Below, piece after piece: positions 13,707 through 26,590 of a stretch of DNA of 64,000 nt (positions are counted from its first letter, which is position 1; each line of letters starts with the position of its first letter). The notes under the pieces were generated by a model. It did no database searches. It saw only the letters and a list, made by a program, of their open reading frames with translations, and was not told where the DNA came from. Where the stretch lies: the NCBI GenBank assembly GCA_002633005.1, contig NMRA01000050.1, positions 4,160-68,159 of the forward strand. Reading direction: 5' to 3'. The translations under genes and the position numbers were made by a program. This DNA comes from Phoronis australis (Eukaryota > Animalia > Phoronida).

Positions 13707-14982
13707 TACAGCTGACAAAACTAACTTAGCCAGGGCTCAGAATACTGGTCTGCGCTTAATCACAGGGGGCATCAAGATCACCCCCATCACGGAAATGGAG
13801 AAGACGGCAGGCTTAAGCTCATTGGAAGAAACACGGGATGAGAAACTCCTGAGACAGGGCGAAGAGATGAAGCGGCTTCCGTCACATCCACTGCATCCCA
13901 AATTCCAAGCCCTGGCCAAAAACCGCATCAAGAGGCAGAGTTGAAAACCACCTCATCAAGGCACTTCAGCAGAAACATCAACCTCTGCTATCCTCAATCA
14001 ACCAACCACTAAAAATGTTCCAAGACTTTGAAGAATGGTCCCTGGACGTTCCCCCCATCATTCTCGACATCCCTGGATTGAAGAAAGCATACACAACTGG
14101 AGGCAGTCCTGAAGGCCCTCCCCCTAGAAATCCTAGAAAGAGACTACCCTACCACCACCTGGACCAGATGGCTCTGTAGAGAATGTTGTCAGAAATAGGG
14201 AAGGTGGGGTATTCATACCCAGATACCCAGATGGCAGCAATCTGCGCAAGTCCATTGCCACGGGTCTTCACTCCACCAACTACAGACCTGAGGCAAATGC
14301 GCTTCACCTTGCAGCCCAGATACTCAACCAGCAAACGAGGCTCCCGGATCAGACGGTCTTCCTCACAGACTGCCGATCTCTTCTGCTGAGCCTCCGGACA
14401 ACAGAGACAGACCAGATCCTGCAATGCATCAAACAAGAGATGCACATTCTCAGCAGCAAAGCCACTGTTGTGCTAAAATGGATTCCCTCCCACTGCGACA
14501 TCAGCGGCAACGCGGAAGCAGACAGACTGTCCAAGGCAAGAAGCAAACTGGAGCAGACGTCGCACCCATCATCATATGGAGGAAGTAAAATTCCTCCTAC
14601 GAAGTCACTTTAGAAATGCCTGGAGGGCACGCCCACGTCTGGGGACTGAGGAAGACTATATCCACCAGCTTGACCGGCAGGAACAAGTCAATATCTCCAG
14701 GTTAAGAACCGGCCACTGCCAGCTGCTCTCCCACGTGCATCACCTGAAAATATCTCACACAGACAAGTGCCCCTGTGGCACTGGCCCCCAGACACCTGAT
14801 CATTTATTGCAGAGCTGCCCTACGTTCGATTCCCTAAGGCGCCAGACATGGCCCAGTCCGGTGGAACTCAAGGTAAAACTGTGGGGCCCGACGGCATCAT
14901 TGCGGCGAACTGCAGACTTCGCCCAAAAGACCAGACTGACTATCTAAGCTACATGGCCGGTAACGCTGAAGAGGAAGAAGAA
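13707..14982 (+). mobile_element. 5'-truncated RNase H-containing non-LTR retrotransposon (I/Nimb/Ingi-like)
   Basis: RT C-terminus QNTGLRLITGG; RNase H motifs FLTDCRS and LKWIPSHCDISGNAEADRLSK; RLRTGH and CPC..HLLQSC zinc knuckle; (GAA)n tail 14968-14983; candidate TSD AGTYGAGTC at 13698-13706 and 14982-14990. Confidence 0.9.
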
Positions 14983-15129
14983 GTCGAGTCCCTATTTGGG
15001 ACTGTTTCATGCAACCTGCCACTGGTTTCAAGTAACATACTGAAGATTCTTTCCAAGTGCAGATGTCACGAGTGGTTTGGTCAAGGAAGGTTTGAGACCA
15101 ATTTCATAACGTAGAAGGTGGGTTTAAAA

Positions 15130-16450
15130 CCATTTTAAGCCAATATCCGCGATTGCTGATGGAACACGTGTGACTATAATGAACCAAGTACATATGTAGT
15201 AGCTTATCTGATTTGAATCACGCTAAGACCGTTGCAGTCATCTTTGTGTATGGAGTGCCGAATTCGGATGATCAAGTATTTTACATGAAATTGAAAATGT
15301 TTTACTAACTTTTAAAAGGTATGATATTTATTTGTGTAGGGATTTCAACTTAAATCTCCTAAATTACGCAAACCATGACGGAACAAATCACTTTATAGAT
15401 CTGCTCTTTTCTTATGAACTTTTTCCAATGACAAATATACCAACACACCAACAAGAATAACTGCTCATAGCCAAATTTCTATTGATAATATATTTGTGAT
15501 TAACATTAGAATGAATAAAAACTTTGGGATACTTATTGAAGACATGTCTTATCAGATGGTTGTTGTTCAATTTACTGAATATGCAAGCAATATATAAGAA
15601 CTTACTACTTATAGACAGACAAGGTGTTTCACAAGTGAAAATGTAACTAATTTCTACAGGACCTGATATCCTTTTCACAGGATGCAGTTTTGAAAACTAA
15701 TGGTCCAAATGATTCCTATGTGTCTTTTAGTGAAACTTTCAATGATTTAATGAATAAGCACTATAATCCTTTACAGCATATAAACATACGTTATAAAATG
15801 GGGACTTCTTGATTGATAACAACTGCGTTAAAAATGCCTATAAGAAAATGAATTTTTGTATAAGCAGTTCCTCAAACATCGAAATCGAGAAACAGAACAT
15901 GTGTGAAAACATTAATGAACACATGATTGTATGAACACAATAATTGTTCCATACTTGTCTTACTGCTGTGAGTCCTGGGGAAGTACACACCTCATAAAAC
16001 ACATTAATTGTTCCATACTTGTATTACTGTTGTAAGTGCTGGGCAAGTACACAACTCATAACACATAATGCAATATTTCTATTGCAGAAAAGAGCACTAA
16101 GAATAGTTGCGAAAAAACATTTTCTGCACACACATTTGTTTTATGTCACAGTTTCCGAATCTTAAAGTTGGTTGATTTAAAAATTATTTCACACTCATAA
16201 AATGTACATGTATCAAGCCAAAAAAATCCTTCCTCAAAATTTGTAGTCAATGTTATCGAATGTACTATAGGTCAACAAAGGTCTGAAAGAAATTTACACA
16301 ACTTCAGTATAGTATATTATACTGTAGAACTGACCTTGGGTATAGGGCCTTTGACATAGGAGCACCTAAACTACGGAATGGTCTCACAGCCACAGTTAAA
16401 CAGTCGGTTTCACTTACCATTTTCAAAAAAACGTTTCATAAATACAGCAG
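15130..16450 (+). mobile_element. Degraded CR1/L2-type LINE with internal deletion
   Basis: APE motifs GDFNLNLL (~15339) and PTRITAHSQISIDNIF (15448-15495); post-RT motifs LQKRALRIV (16082) and GAPKLRNGL. RT core not seen. Boundaries approximate. Confidence 0.7.
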
Positions 16451-16787
16451 TGTCCTCACATGTAATTTATCCATTATCATACTAAGTAAGCTTTTATATT
16501 GTAGTATTGTATTCTATAATTATGTTACAGGTTTACGGTACATGTAGATATGTTTTTTTCAAAGTCATGTAATAAGCGGTGTTTACTTCATTGTTATTCT
16601 TTTAAAGCATACGCAAGCATAACCTCTACCCAGTTCCCATTCCAGTCATACTGTTTTTATACGTGTTGATGTCTCATTTTAAAGTAATATCATATTACTC
16701 GTACAGGTATTAACTGATCTGCACGCCATTATTTTGTTGTTGTTTTTTTCTAAATGTTATGTTATTGTAGTTTTATCTACAATAACA

Positions 16788-17009
16788 CATTCGCGCACCC
16801 AGCCTTTAATATTTGGGGCTCGAATTTCTGGCGGGAGGACTAAAAAAAAAACGGGGTACCACCTTCACTGTGAGTCTGTGCCTTTTTAGTGGATTTTTTC
16901 TCGTTTTCTCGCACGTTTTGTTTCTCTGAGGCGGACCTTTTTGCCCCCTTCACCAAATGAGGGGTTCGTTCGAGCCGAGCCCCCCGAGCCCCTCCTGGGT
17001 GCGCGCATG
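16788..17009. mobile_element. MITE-like repeat, family A
   Basis: Terminal inverted repeats cattcgcgcacccag ... ctgggtgcgcgcatg around a GC-rich interior. Confidence 0.65.
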
Positions 17010-17382
17010 TAACTTAAAAGTTGTTAAAATTAGATTCCCCTTATATCTTATATCTTATATTTTTGTATTGTAGATGGGTTAGGTGAGTTTACAATGCATC
17101 TTGATAAATTAGTTTAAGATGTTGTACATTAACAGTGGATTATCTCAGTACAAGGGCTTTTCACACTTCTACGGCCTCCTTTTCCAAATATTGTTACTAC
17201 AACTCGTGCGCTTTATAAGTAATTATCACATATTTTGAAATAAATTGATTGGTGTTTATGTGCACAGTTCACATCACAACTGTTGCAATGAGCATGACAA
17301 TTAACTTTCCATACCAGTCGTTGCACGTCTTGGCTTTATGGATTTGATCGCGGTATATCTTGATTTGCATTGTTCTGTTTAG

Positions 17383-17694
17383 ACGGTCCAGCGACAGTGT
17401 ACGTTAGCGCCCTCTATGGCGCCGGGTGAATTGAACGTAACATCTTCTACGTAACGATGAACAGAAGTTATACGCTTATCTTTTCACATGGCCCTGTCAA
17501 CGAGCGGTCGAGAAATGTATGGGAAGGGACTTTCCCACGAGACCACTACCAAGTGAATGAGACTAACTCAGACTTTCCCCACGTAACATTTGTTGCGTCT
17601 GCTGACCATCTTGGAAAGACAATAACTTATCGTGCGGTGAACGATAAGCACTCGGAATTCAATGCATCTATAACTCTCACGGTAGACGTTGCTT
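17383..17694 (+). pseudogene. Ig exon 4 (in-frame TGA, both Cys lost; 312 nt)
   Basis: tttag|AC GGT CCA; TGA at 17427-17429; YTLIFSH (TTT for Cys) and TITYRAVN (TAT for Cys); donor T|gtacgt. Confidence 0.8.
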
Positions 17695-17888
17695 GTACGT
17701 GTTTGTTTATATTACTTCATAATTAATCTGTATGCACGTGGATTTTCAGTGGCTGATACCCGACGTTAGAGTTGTTAGATCAAATAGAAAATTCAACACT
17801 TTTCTCAAAAAGGCATAAAACGGTATACATGTACGTTCAGTAACTCATTCGAGGACATATTAGTCAAGCACCATATCTGTCATTTCAG

Positions 17889-18236
17889 TTGGACCGGCCG
17901 TCCTCACCATGACTGATGTTAGCGTAAACGCCAGGGTACTTAGTGACCAGAAAAAGATGTACAATATTGTTGATAAGGGGACCTACAAACTTAAGTGTAC
18001 TTCGGATGTTTGCTTTCCTAATATGTCTGTTGTCTGGATACACCCTGGGATCAAAGCTAGAGAGACATCAACGAATCGGTTTCCGAGCAAGAATACACAC
18101 GGCGGCGTGCGAGCAGAGAAATGGCTGACACTTGTAGCAGAGCCTGCGCTTAACGGCAAACAAGTAGCGTGTGTCGCCACAAATACTCGCGAGCACACCC
18201 TTACCCGAGGAGCTGCACTCACATTTTCGATGATCT
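17889..18236 (+). CDS. Ig exon 5 (intact, 348 nt)
   Basis: ttcag|TT GGA CCG; YKLKCTSDVCFPNMSVVW...NGKQVACVATN; donor T|gtgagt. Confidence 0.85.
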
Positions 18237-18508
18237 GTGAGTTGGTTTTCGTGAGTTACATGTATCCAGCATAGCCTCTGCTATGTCTGTAAGCAAAACG
18301 CTTACATGTTTGTTGTTGACTGGATTATAATAGGACCATGCCGGATTACACTTCGATACTCAAACCTCGCTGTATTTACCCACAATTCTGCAAACATCCG
18401 CTAGACACATTTCCTGCCTTGTTTTAGTGCCCCTGGACGTCCATCTGCTTTTTGTTGTCTGATACCTGGCAAATTTTTCTCGGCGGAATTACTTTATTCG
18501 TCCTTCCT

Positions 18509-18700
18509 ATGCCAACAAAATTTTACTGGTGTGCTGTGGGCTCCAACGCCGAGTTCAAAAAACGATAACTGGAAAAATACCCGTAGATGCATGATGTGAC
18601 ATTCTTCGCCTTCAAGACATCAATGAGAGACAAGGAAATGCGAAGGGAGTCGATAAAACAAGTTTGTCGATTTACTTTTGAACCAAACAGAATTCCCTTT
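18509..18700 (+). mobile_element. Degenerate THAP-like remnant
   Basis: MPTKFYWCAVGSNAEFKKR*LEKYP*MHDVTFFAF...RRESIKQVCRFTFEPN loosely follows THAP spacing; contains stops. Confidence 0.35.
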
Positions 18701-19741
18701 CTTGAAGATGTCTAGCACCATTGAGGGCTGAAATCTGCCCATCCCTGCTTATCGACGTGATCTGCGAAAATGTGCCTGATTTCCAAAACGAGGTTACATG
18801 CTTTTTTGTCTCCGAAGGAAGGTAAAGGTCGTGTAATCCGGGTAGGCCCTATTGCACATGAACCTATACTAATTTTTTTTTTCAAAATGTTGATCTGCAA
18901 CGTCGACAAAATATATATTGTAAAGTAGATTATCAGTCATGTGCGTGGACAATACAATGTATATCAGAAATCGCGTTCGAGTAATAGTAGTTTAACTGAC
19001 TTTTTACTTCATATGACGCTTGATATTTAAAGAGGACAGCAGACGGACTATATACAAACAGTGTCATAAGAAGTCGAAATTTGACCTCTAAAGAGCGCCA
19101 AAATCAAGATCAATATAACACCGCTATACTTTACTAGATTGCGATGATTTTATGTTGATGAGATTATGATATAAATTTAGTTGGAGATTCGTCTTTCAAA
19201 TTTGCTGTTTGAAGTAAGTCACCTCAAATATCGACACCTCCTTTGTCAGTTGCTTAGTGTGACGTCATTGTGCAATTTGATGTCGTATATATAATTCGTA
19301 AACGACAAAATAAACAAATCTAAACAGAAAATCATTTTCAAAGTCAGTAATGTGTCAGTTGAAAGTAAAAAAATCTTATTGATTTGTTTCATGAGTCATT
19401 TTGGTGAAGCAGCGATTGTTTTGTGAGTTTGACAAACTGACAAATCACAGTGACGTCCGATTCAGAAAATGGAAAACATTACGAGTTCATTATAAATTTT
19501 CCGAAACGTTTACTTAGATGAAGATAGATGAACAAAAATGTAGTGCTGCATTTCAAGTAATGAATTATTTCACAAACAATAAAAGACTCTTTTCATGTGC
19601 AAACAGGCCAAGAACTCTCTCCCTACAGAGTGGCGAAGAACGAACGAGGTAACGCCATACTTTTATCATCTAAAACTGAGAAGCTACACAGCATGGATAG
19701 TGTGCAGCTCTAATATTGAAAGGCCATTTTCATAATACAGC

Positions 19742-19977
19742 CAGAGGCGGATGTACAGGGGGCTCAGGGGGTCAAGCCCCACCCTCGGAACAGGATCAAA
19801 ATAAAAATTGAAACAAAAAATCGCCGGAAAACGAAATCAGCTACTTAAAAACACAAAAAATCTTACACGGGAGTAGGGAAACCCCCATCCCGACCTTCTT
19901 TCCGCTCGGGGCTACGCGCCTCGGATTTGCTTGATTTCTAACCCCCCCCCCTTACTGAAAACGTATATCTGCCACTG
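19742..19977. mobile_element. MITE-like repeat, family B (CAGTGGCGGAT...ATCCGCCACTG termini)
   Basis: cagaggcggatgtac ... gtatatctgccactg inverted termini with G/C runs; relatives at 38686, 44979, ~48090 and 59755. Confidence 0.65.
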
Positions 19978-20031
19978 ACGGCTGTACATGTACATGTACA
20001 TCTGTCTTAGGAGAAATCCGTTTCATTGCAG

Positions 20032-20370
20032 TTGGTCCCACCACCGTTTACGTTACTGCAAAAGGTGGAACATACAATATGCTAAGCGGACGCTTTACTG
20101 TGAGAACAGGTGTTCCCAGTGAAATAACCTGTGAAACCGACAGCACCAGCGACGCCGCAATAGTCAAGTGGAGTGTGGACCCGATTGGCTTGGTGACAAA
20201 CAAAACAGAAACGAAAGAAACACTCGGTGGTTTCAACAACGGGAAGATTTACAGTAGCCAAATTTCGTTCAAACCTGACCAAAATTTTCACAAGGCCATA
20301 ATGACGCGCACAGCTACCAACGCAGATGGAAAAAATACAGTTTCCAAAAAAATTGATCTAAACGTAATAT
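20032..20370 (+). CDS. Ig exon 6 (open, second Cys replaced by Arg; 339 nt)
   Basis: tgcag|TT GGT CCC; SEITCETDSTSDAAIVKW...IMTRTATN (CGC at the Cys position); donor T|gtaaga. Confidence 0.8.
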
Positions 20371-21847
20371 GTAAGATATTAAGTTTTGTTGCTGTAAGGT
20401 AGGACACTTTGTTGAATTGTTTGTGTTCCATGTCATTACTGAAGCACTTAAGCACACACACACACACACAGTAAGGTAAAAATGCCATTGAATTGAAGTC
20501 ATACTCTTTTACCTTCTTAACCGGTGAACCTAGCAGAATATTGACGACTCTCCTGAACAGAGTAACAAAAGCAGTATTATACAACTGAACATAAAGTGGA
20601 CAAAACTGAAATTAAAACAATACATGCAGGTATGCGTGTGTTCGCAAACCAATGGCGCACTTTGTCTTATGGCCGGGAACAATAGAACTCCAGCCAATTC
20701 GGATCTCGCGATGTTGACCTAACGCCGATCATCCGTGATAATTGGTTTGTTCCTGTGCTGGTTATTCCCGGAGGATTTACCGTCACTAAAACGTTTTACA
20801 ACTGTGTCGTTTTTCTACCAAATTGCATACAGAGTCATATCATAAGAAAGCATTTAACCAGTCCTTGATTGTGCACGGTAATAACAGAAACAAACGACAA
20901 GCAATTTAATTTATAATCACTTAGTCATCACTTAGCATACCTGACGGATTTATAATATTTTTAATTCTAAAAGCCAAGAGTGTTACCAAAATGCGGAATA
21001 TTATATTGTATACTTGTAACATAAAAAGAGAAAAAACAGAGAGGCTGACTGTGTAAACAAGCAGGGAAATAATTTCAATGATTCACTAAAGATTTCTGGC
21101 CTCTCCAAACACAGATTGTAAAATATGGATTATCCACAATTAGTGTAAATAATTTAGTCAGGCATTCATCCAAAATAATACATTTTGGTGCCGTTCGATA
21201 AAGTGGCAGGATGCAGTGACATCTACAAAATGGGATAAACTAGTTACATGTACTTCAAATACCTGTCCGAAGTTTGCAAATTAAGGCTTTCTGATATCAA
21301 AAAGGAGCAAATATCTGATGTGTAGATTTGAAATGTACTGTGGATAGATCATTACATAGACTGCAGAGTAGGACTTTCCCTTGTAGTTTGTACATGTAAA
21401 TGAACTCAGACCTTTAGAAATTACTACTAAGTGACCATGGCAGACCCAAGAGGGTCCGAATTTCGGGAAAACAGTGTGGCATCTTGGTCTATGCCAAAAC
21501 GCAAGGGTGAAATGTTGGCCGCACAACGCAAAAACATCCCAACAGCGTTTTTTTGTCAAACGGGAGATGCCGACGTTACACTCCAAAGCGCCCGATGGCA
21601 ATTACGGGTGCCTCAAAAACCCATTAAACGCCGGTCCAGGTTTTTCTTTGTAGTCGAACTAAAAAATAGTGCTATCGCACGTTGGAAATTGCAGTAGTGT
21701 ATTTTAATCTGTAATTGTCGCCGTGTGTCAAAAACATTTGTATGGTGTGAAGAGATGGCAGGAAAACTTCAAAAAGTGTGTCATGAATACGCGCCAACAT
21801 GTGTACATATGCATGCGCGGGTGCGCACGAGTGTGTGTGTGCGTGTT

Positions 21848-22415
21848 AGTTGTCAATAAATGGTTGAGAACATCCGCTGCACTGTGTGTCTCTTTACAGT
21901 GTTCTTTGACTCTGATGCTAAGAATCCTGTTGGTCATTCCAATGTAAAACTGTTCATTACAGTTGAGTTGGTACACAACATGACTTCTTTGAGAATTACT
22001 CAATGGTGTTTTTAGTCTAGACAATGACAAAAGTCTGTTGTTTTACATTGGAATGACCAACAGGATTCTTAGCAGAACACTGTAAGGACACACACAGTGC
22101 TGTTCTCAACCATTCATTGACAACTGGTCACACTATACATGTAGATTGCTCTGGTGTTCAGATCTTACACAAGGATAATGCCACCCTCGGGCTCCTCATA
22201 ATGGAGAGTATAGAGTTGAACCATGCTGAACGCTATCTCAATAGAATCTTTGGTTCATTTGAGCTCCAACTGTTTTGATTTCTGGTCTCTCCTCCTCGCA
22301 ATGCATTTTGACGTGTACCTGTAAAGTCTGTTCTCCACCCGTGTTGCCTGTTTGAGTATGTGAACTGTTCCTTGAGAATGGTTTAATATGTATTAAACCG
22401 AAACGTTGGATAAGT
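21848..22415. mobile_element. Penelope-like element, GIY-YIG region duplicated in inverted orientation
   Basis: - strand HVVYQLNCNEQFYIGMTNRILSIRVKEH; + strand FYIGMTNRIL...SAVLNHSLTTGH...LLIMESIEL...YLNR. 21848-21952 is the inverse of 22040-22126. Confidence 0.8.
22370..22410 (+). ncRNA. Hammerhead ribozyme-like motif in the PLE 3' region
   Basis: cTTGAGAAT-GGTTTAAT-atgt-ATTAAACC-GAAAC-gttgg: a perfect 8-bp stem between a variant CUGANGA box and GAAAC, at the 3' position expected in PLEs. Confidence 0.5.
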
Positions 22416-22469
22416 ATGTAATCACTTACTTACGCGCTAACATGAGTATATATGCATGAGCAGGCGTGC

Positions 22470-22526
22470 ACGCTTGCGTGTGTGTGCGTGCGTGGGCGTG
22501 TGCGTGCCTGTGTGTGCGTGTGTGTG
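22470..22526. repeat. Imperfect (GT/GC)n microsatellite
   Basis: Visible gcgtgtgtgtgcgtgcgtgggcgtgtg... run. Confidence 0.7.
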
Positions 22527-25290
22527 TTGTTTGTATTTCAGCTGGTGATCCTCAAAGGCAAAAGCCGTTTCTTTGACGATCGCAACACAACACAAGCAAG
22601 AAATATAAAGTATGCGCAAGTAATTAATAAATATTGATGTATTGGTCGTAAGTTGAGACTGACATATGTGTCAATAGCATAAATATTTAAAAATAAATCA
22701 TCTCGGTAAAAATATGGTAGTGTTACATATCAATCCTCCACAGATTACAACATAATGAACAAATTGTTTATGCGTAAGCGATAACTACATCTGTGACTGT
22801 TTGTGTGTGCTTGTGCGGGTGCTTGCTTGCGTGAAGTTGCGTACGCTTGTGCGTATATGTATGCATACACATGAGTAACGTGTCTTTGTTGTAGCGGTGG
22901 GTGCACCCGTAGCGGTAGAAGCAGCATGAGTCATTGCAAAGAAAGTGTCTTGTTCTTGTAATGTCTTTTAAAACCCATCAGCAATGTGCGTGTGTTTATC
23001 TTACCTAGAACTCAAGAAGATAACATACTTAATTTTCAGGAGTAATTTCTAATAGGTTTGTTGTCCCGATTGTGATAGCATTGAAATTGTTTGAAAGTAA
23101 CGTGGAAGTTGGTTGTGTAAATTTGCAAAATATTCAGAACTTCTTCAAGCAAAGGCACTTTCAAACTATGCATATTTAATGTGTATAGGCAAATTATTGT
23201 TTTAACACTAATTTTCCTATACAAAGCAAATTGGGGATTAGTAAACTTTCTGAAGAAGTAATCTGCTGACATGTTTAAATTCCCATATTGTGATATCGAA
23301 AATTAAATGAGTACGGATCCAGTAGTAATAAACCGTAGTCACTGCAAAAAAAGACAACATTTTTTACTTAAATAACTTCGTTGCTTGTTTGTGCAACGAT
23401 TGTGCCCAGCAGATCAATATCTTGTGGTCAGTACATGAATAAAGAATTGCCAAATATCATTCTAAGATTAAGGTTGATTGTTTAACGCAAAATGAGGGCA
23501 TTAATTGATGAGTTATTTTTCTCTGGAATACATGTACTTAGCTTTGGAGACATTTAACTCAGTTTGTTGATTGATGACCGCGGAAATATGTCTGTTAGCT
23601 CGTTTTTGATTTCAGTTTCGTAGTCTGTTGATTTTGTAGACGAAGCTATTTGTATGTCAGACAGGCGTCATTATAGCAAACATATGGGTCTCAACTTCAA
23701 CTGAGAACTGGATTTGTGGGTGTCGCTTTCGTAAATAAGTAAAAGGAGGAGGCCATGTCTAGATACGTGGGGTACATGTCTAGATACGTGGGGTACACGT
23801 GTGACAACAGTTGACTTCTGGGTGGCAAGATTGTCAAATAAAATAAAATGCTGTCGATTGGTTAAATAATTTTTGAAGAAGTACCTTTCTAATCCAGATA
23901 TACCATAAAACGAAGTTTGTCTGGCAAGCTACCATTGTTTGGTGTGTCATAATATGTTTTTGGAAGGTCTAAACAGATCGTTGTCGGGTTTATCGTTCGT
24001 CCATATATCCGTTAATCCTGTCACTTGATTGTAGATTAGAAAACCCTGGTGATCTTAGTTGATGAAAACCGTATCGACGTAATAAATTGCTCGTTCTGAG
24101 GTAGTCAAGAAGCTGTTCATTCCAAGAACTTAAGTAGCATTTTTATTCAGCTAGAAATTGACGGAAGACTTTAAATGTATTTGTTTTATTTGCATTCAAG
24201 GCACGCAGATTTCCGTCTGCGATGGCTTTAAAGATGCATTTTGTTTGCTCCCAACTATGCTAATATATAAAAACGACAATGCTATTTGAGCATCATATAC
24301 GCTAATTAAAGTACAGTTGTATTCACTGACAACTTGTGAATACGAAAACAAAAATATGCAAATAGGTGACCTTTGCACTAATGACCTACCGTGGAGGCTC
24401 TTAAAGCCCGTGTCATGCAGTGTCATTCCCCAACACTACGTCACGCTACTTACTGGACACAGTTGAGTGATTTACGGTGGATCATTTTCGATACAAAATT
24501 CGTTCTTAAATTTTTTTGGCAATTTTCACCGCTTCATATTCACATCGCCGTTACATGTTGTGTTTCTAAATAGTTTGACCAATCAACCACAGAGTTCACT
24601 TTAACCGGAAACGAGCTATAGGAAGACCTACACATGTACTTCACATGAGGGCGGCAGCTTAGCCTCCCAACTAAGGCCCCTTATATCTTGAAGTGGGATT
24701 CTCTGTATGCTCATAACTATATATTTTTATTACTTTTCTGAACTAGCGCGCCATTATCTTAATTTTTTGATTAGCTGACATGAAGTTAGGACCGGACTAA
24801 ACGTTCATTTATGTCTAGTTCACCGTCCGGTACAAACCACGGGACTGGTCTTTGGAGATACTGAGGTTTTGCCCCTTAATGAGGTAAAACGTATGGAGAT
24901 TGAACACAAAATTTGGGACAATGACAGCTCCAGAACCGTGGCAGCGATGGGAATATTTAAAATTGCGGTGACTGTGTGAGCAGGTTGATGACCACCTAAA
25001 CGGTGCGACCGGAGTTCAGGGGGGGACTATATTGCAATGGCGTTTGCAGACTCTCTCTCGGACTGGGAGGGGTAGCTTATATTAGATTTACTCGTGCCTT
25101 GACAAAGCACTGCATACAGATTAAACAGGCAGATCAAAAATACAAGCCTTGTGATAGACAAAATGGTTCTTTTATTTTCGGCGATGAGACTCAAAAAATC
25201 ATCACCGGATAGTTATATGAGAGCGAATCACCGACACACCTTTAGTTGCAACATACTCGTGCTAAAGTGTGAGGCTGCCTTTGCTTACAG

Positions 25291-25636
25291 TTGGTCCTTC
25301 AACACTCACGTTTGCGGACGTCGGATCTGTAAAGGGTGAACTAACTGCAACCACTTATGCAGTACTCCGAGAGCAGGAACATAAAGTGGAATGCAGAACT
25401 GATGCCGCCAATCCTCAGCCGGAATTGCCGCTTTTGGATCCACGATGTTTCTCTTCCGCTGTCAAGGCGCTCGCAACTCACAAAACATGTACAGACGGAC
25501 AAGCTCTACGTCTACGATAAAAGACTGGCGATTATCGCCAACCCAGAGCACAACGGATGTCAGTTGACTTGCAAGGGGGTCAATGCTGTCTACGGTGACT
25601 TGAAAGCCGAACGAATCTTGACTCTTTTGGTTCACT
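25291..25636 (+). pseudogene. Ig exon 7 (+1 frameshift; 346 nt)
   Basis: tacag|TT GGT CCT; HKVECRTDAANPQPEL, frame switch near 25427, then RFWIHD...QLTCKGVN...LLVH T|gtgagt; length is 3n+1. Confidence 0.8.
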
Positions 25637-26260
25637 GTGAGTAAATGTGTGCAAGAAGAGCAAATTATGTTCCGATTTAAGCTAATTACCTTGATTCAGG
25701 CGTTTGTTTTAATGGTCACAGTTGTCCAAGACAGCTTCTCACTTGTACCTGCTGTTGAATCTTATACCAGTTTCTTTACACATCGTGTTTCCTCTATTTC
25801 TCATCATTTCCTTCTCGTTCATCTAACGCCTAAACATTTAATATTCCCAGTGAAGTCTGGGATCACCACTTATTTAATACAGAGTTGATGCCAATGAGTA
25901 AATTCAGGGAAGGAGTCCAGCTCATCTCCTGGCACTACCCAAAATATGCTCTTAGATAAAGTGAAACTTTATTTCCATTTTAGCGCTTGGAAGAAACTTT
26001 CTGGTCCAAACGTACAATCAAGGGCTCATTGAGACATGCAAGATACACGAAATTACTGCGCCCTTTCCATACCAAATTTTCAGGAATCTTTGGTAAGCGT
26101 TTAGCGTTCCTGTTGATCAAAATATGTGTTTTCATTGTTTTTAGCGTCAGTCGAAGCGATGCATGAAATGAAGAAAGCTGGTTTTAATGAAGATTTGGGC
26201 TTTTTGGACGGCATATTCAGCACATTCTAATTACTCATGGTAACAATCGTCTATTTTTAG

Positions 26261-26590
26261 CTGGCCCATCGAGCTTGACTGTAACTGTCAACGACGGAAT
26301 TTTTAACGACAAGGAGAACAAAGTAACAATAGTCGGCGGAAAAACTTACCAACTGGCGTGCACCACGGATAGTGTAAACCCCTCGGCAATAATACAGTGG
26401 ACTGCTGGCTTTAGCATCATTCAGCTTACCGGGGAACGGCAGAATGCTGCGCACGGTGGTCACGCATTCAAAAAGGACATGCAATTCTCTGTTACGCCAA
26501 GTCATAACAAAAAAGTTGTCACGTGTCATGCCAGAAATGACAAGCAGAGCTCGCTTGTCTTAAACAAGAGAGTTGAGTTGGACGTCACAT
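26261..26590 (+). CDS. Ig exon 8 (intact, 330 nt)
   Basis: tttag|CT GGC CCA; YQLACTTDSVNPSAIIQW...HNKKVVTCHARN...LDVT T|gtaggt. Confidence 0.85.

Noticed and set aside
19984-20001. TACATGTA and TAGGCCTA palindromes near exons as splice regulators
   Set aside because: They occur throughout the window, including inside transposons, and look like genome-wide background motifs.
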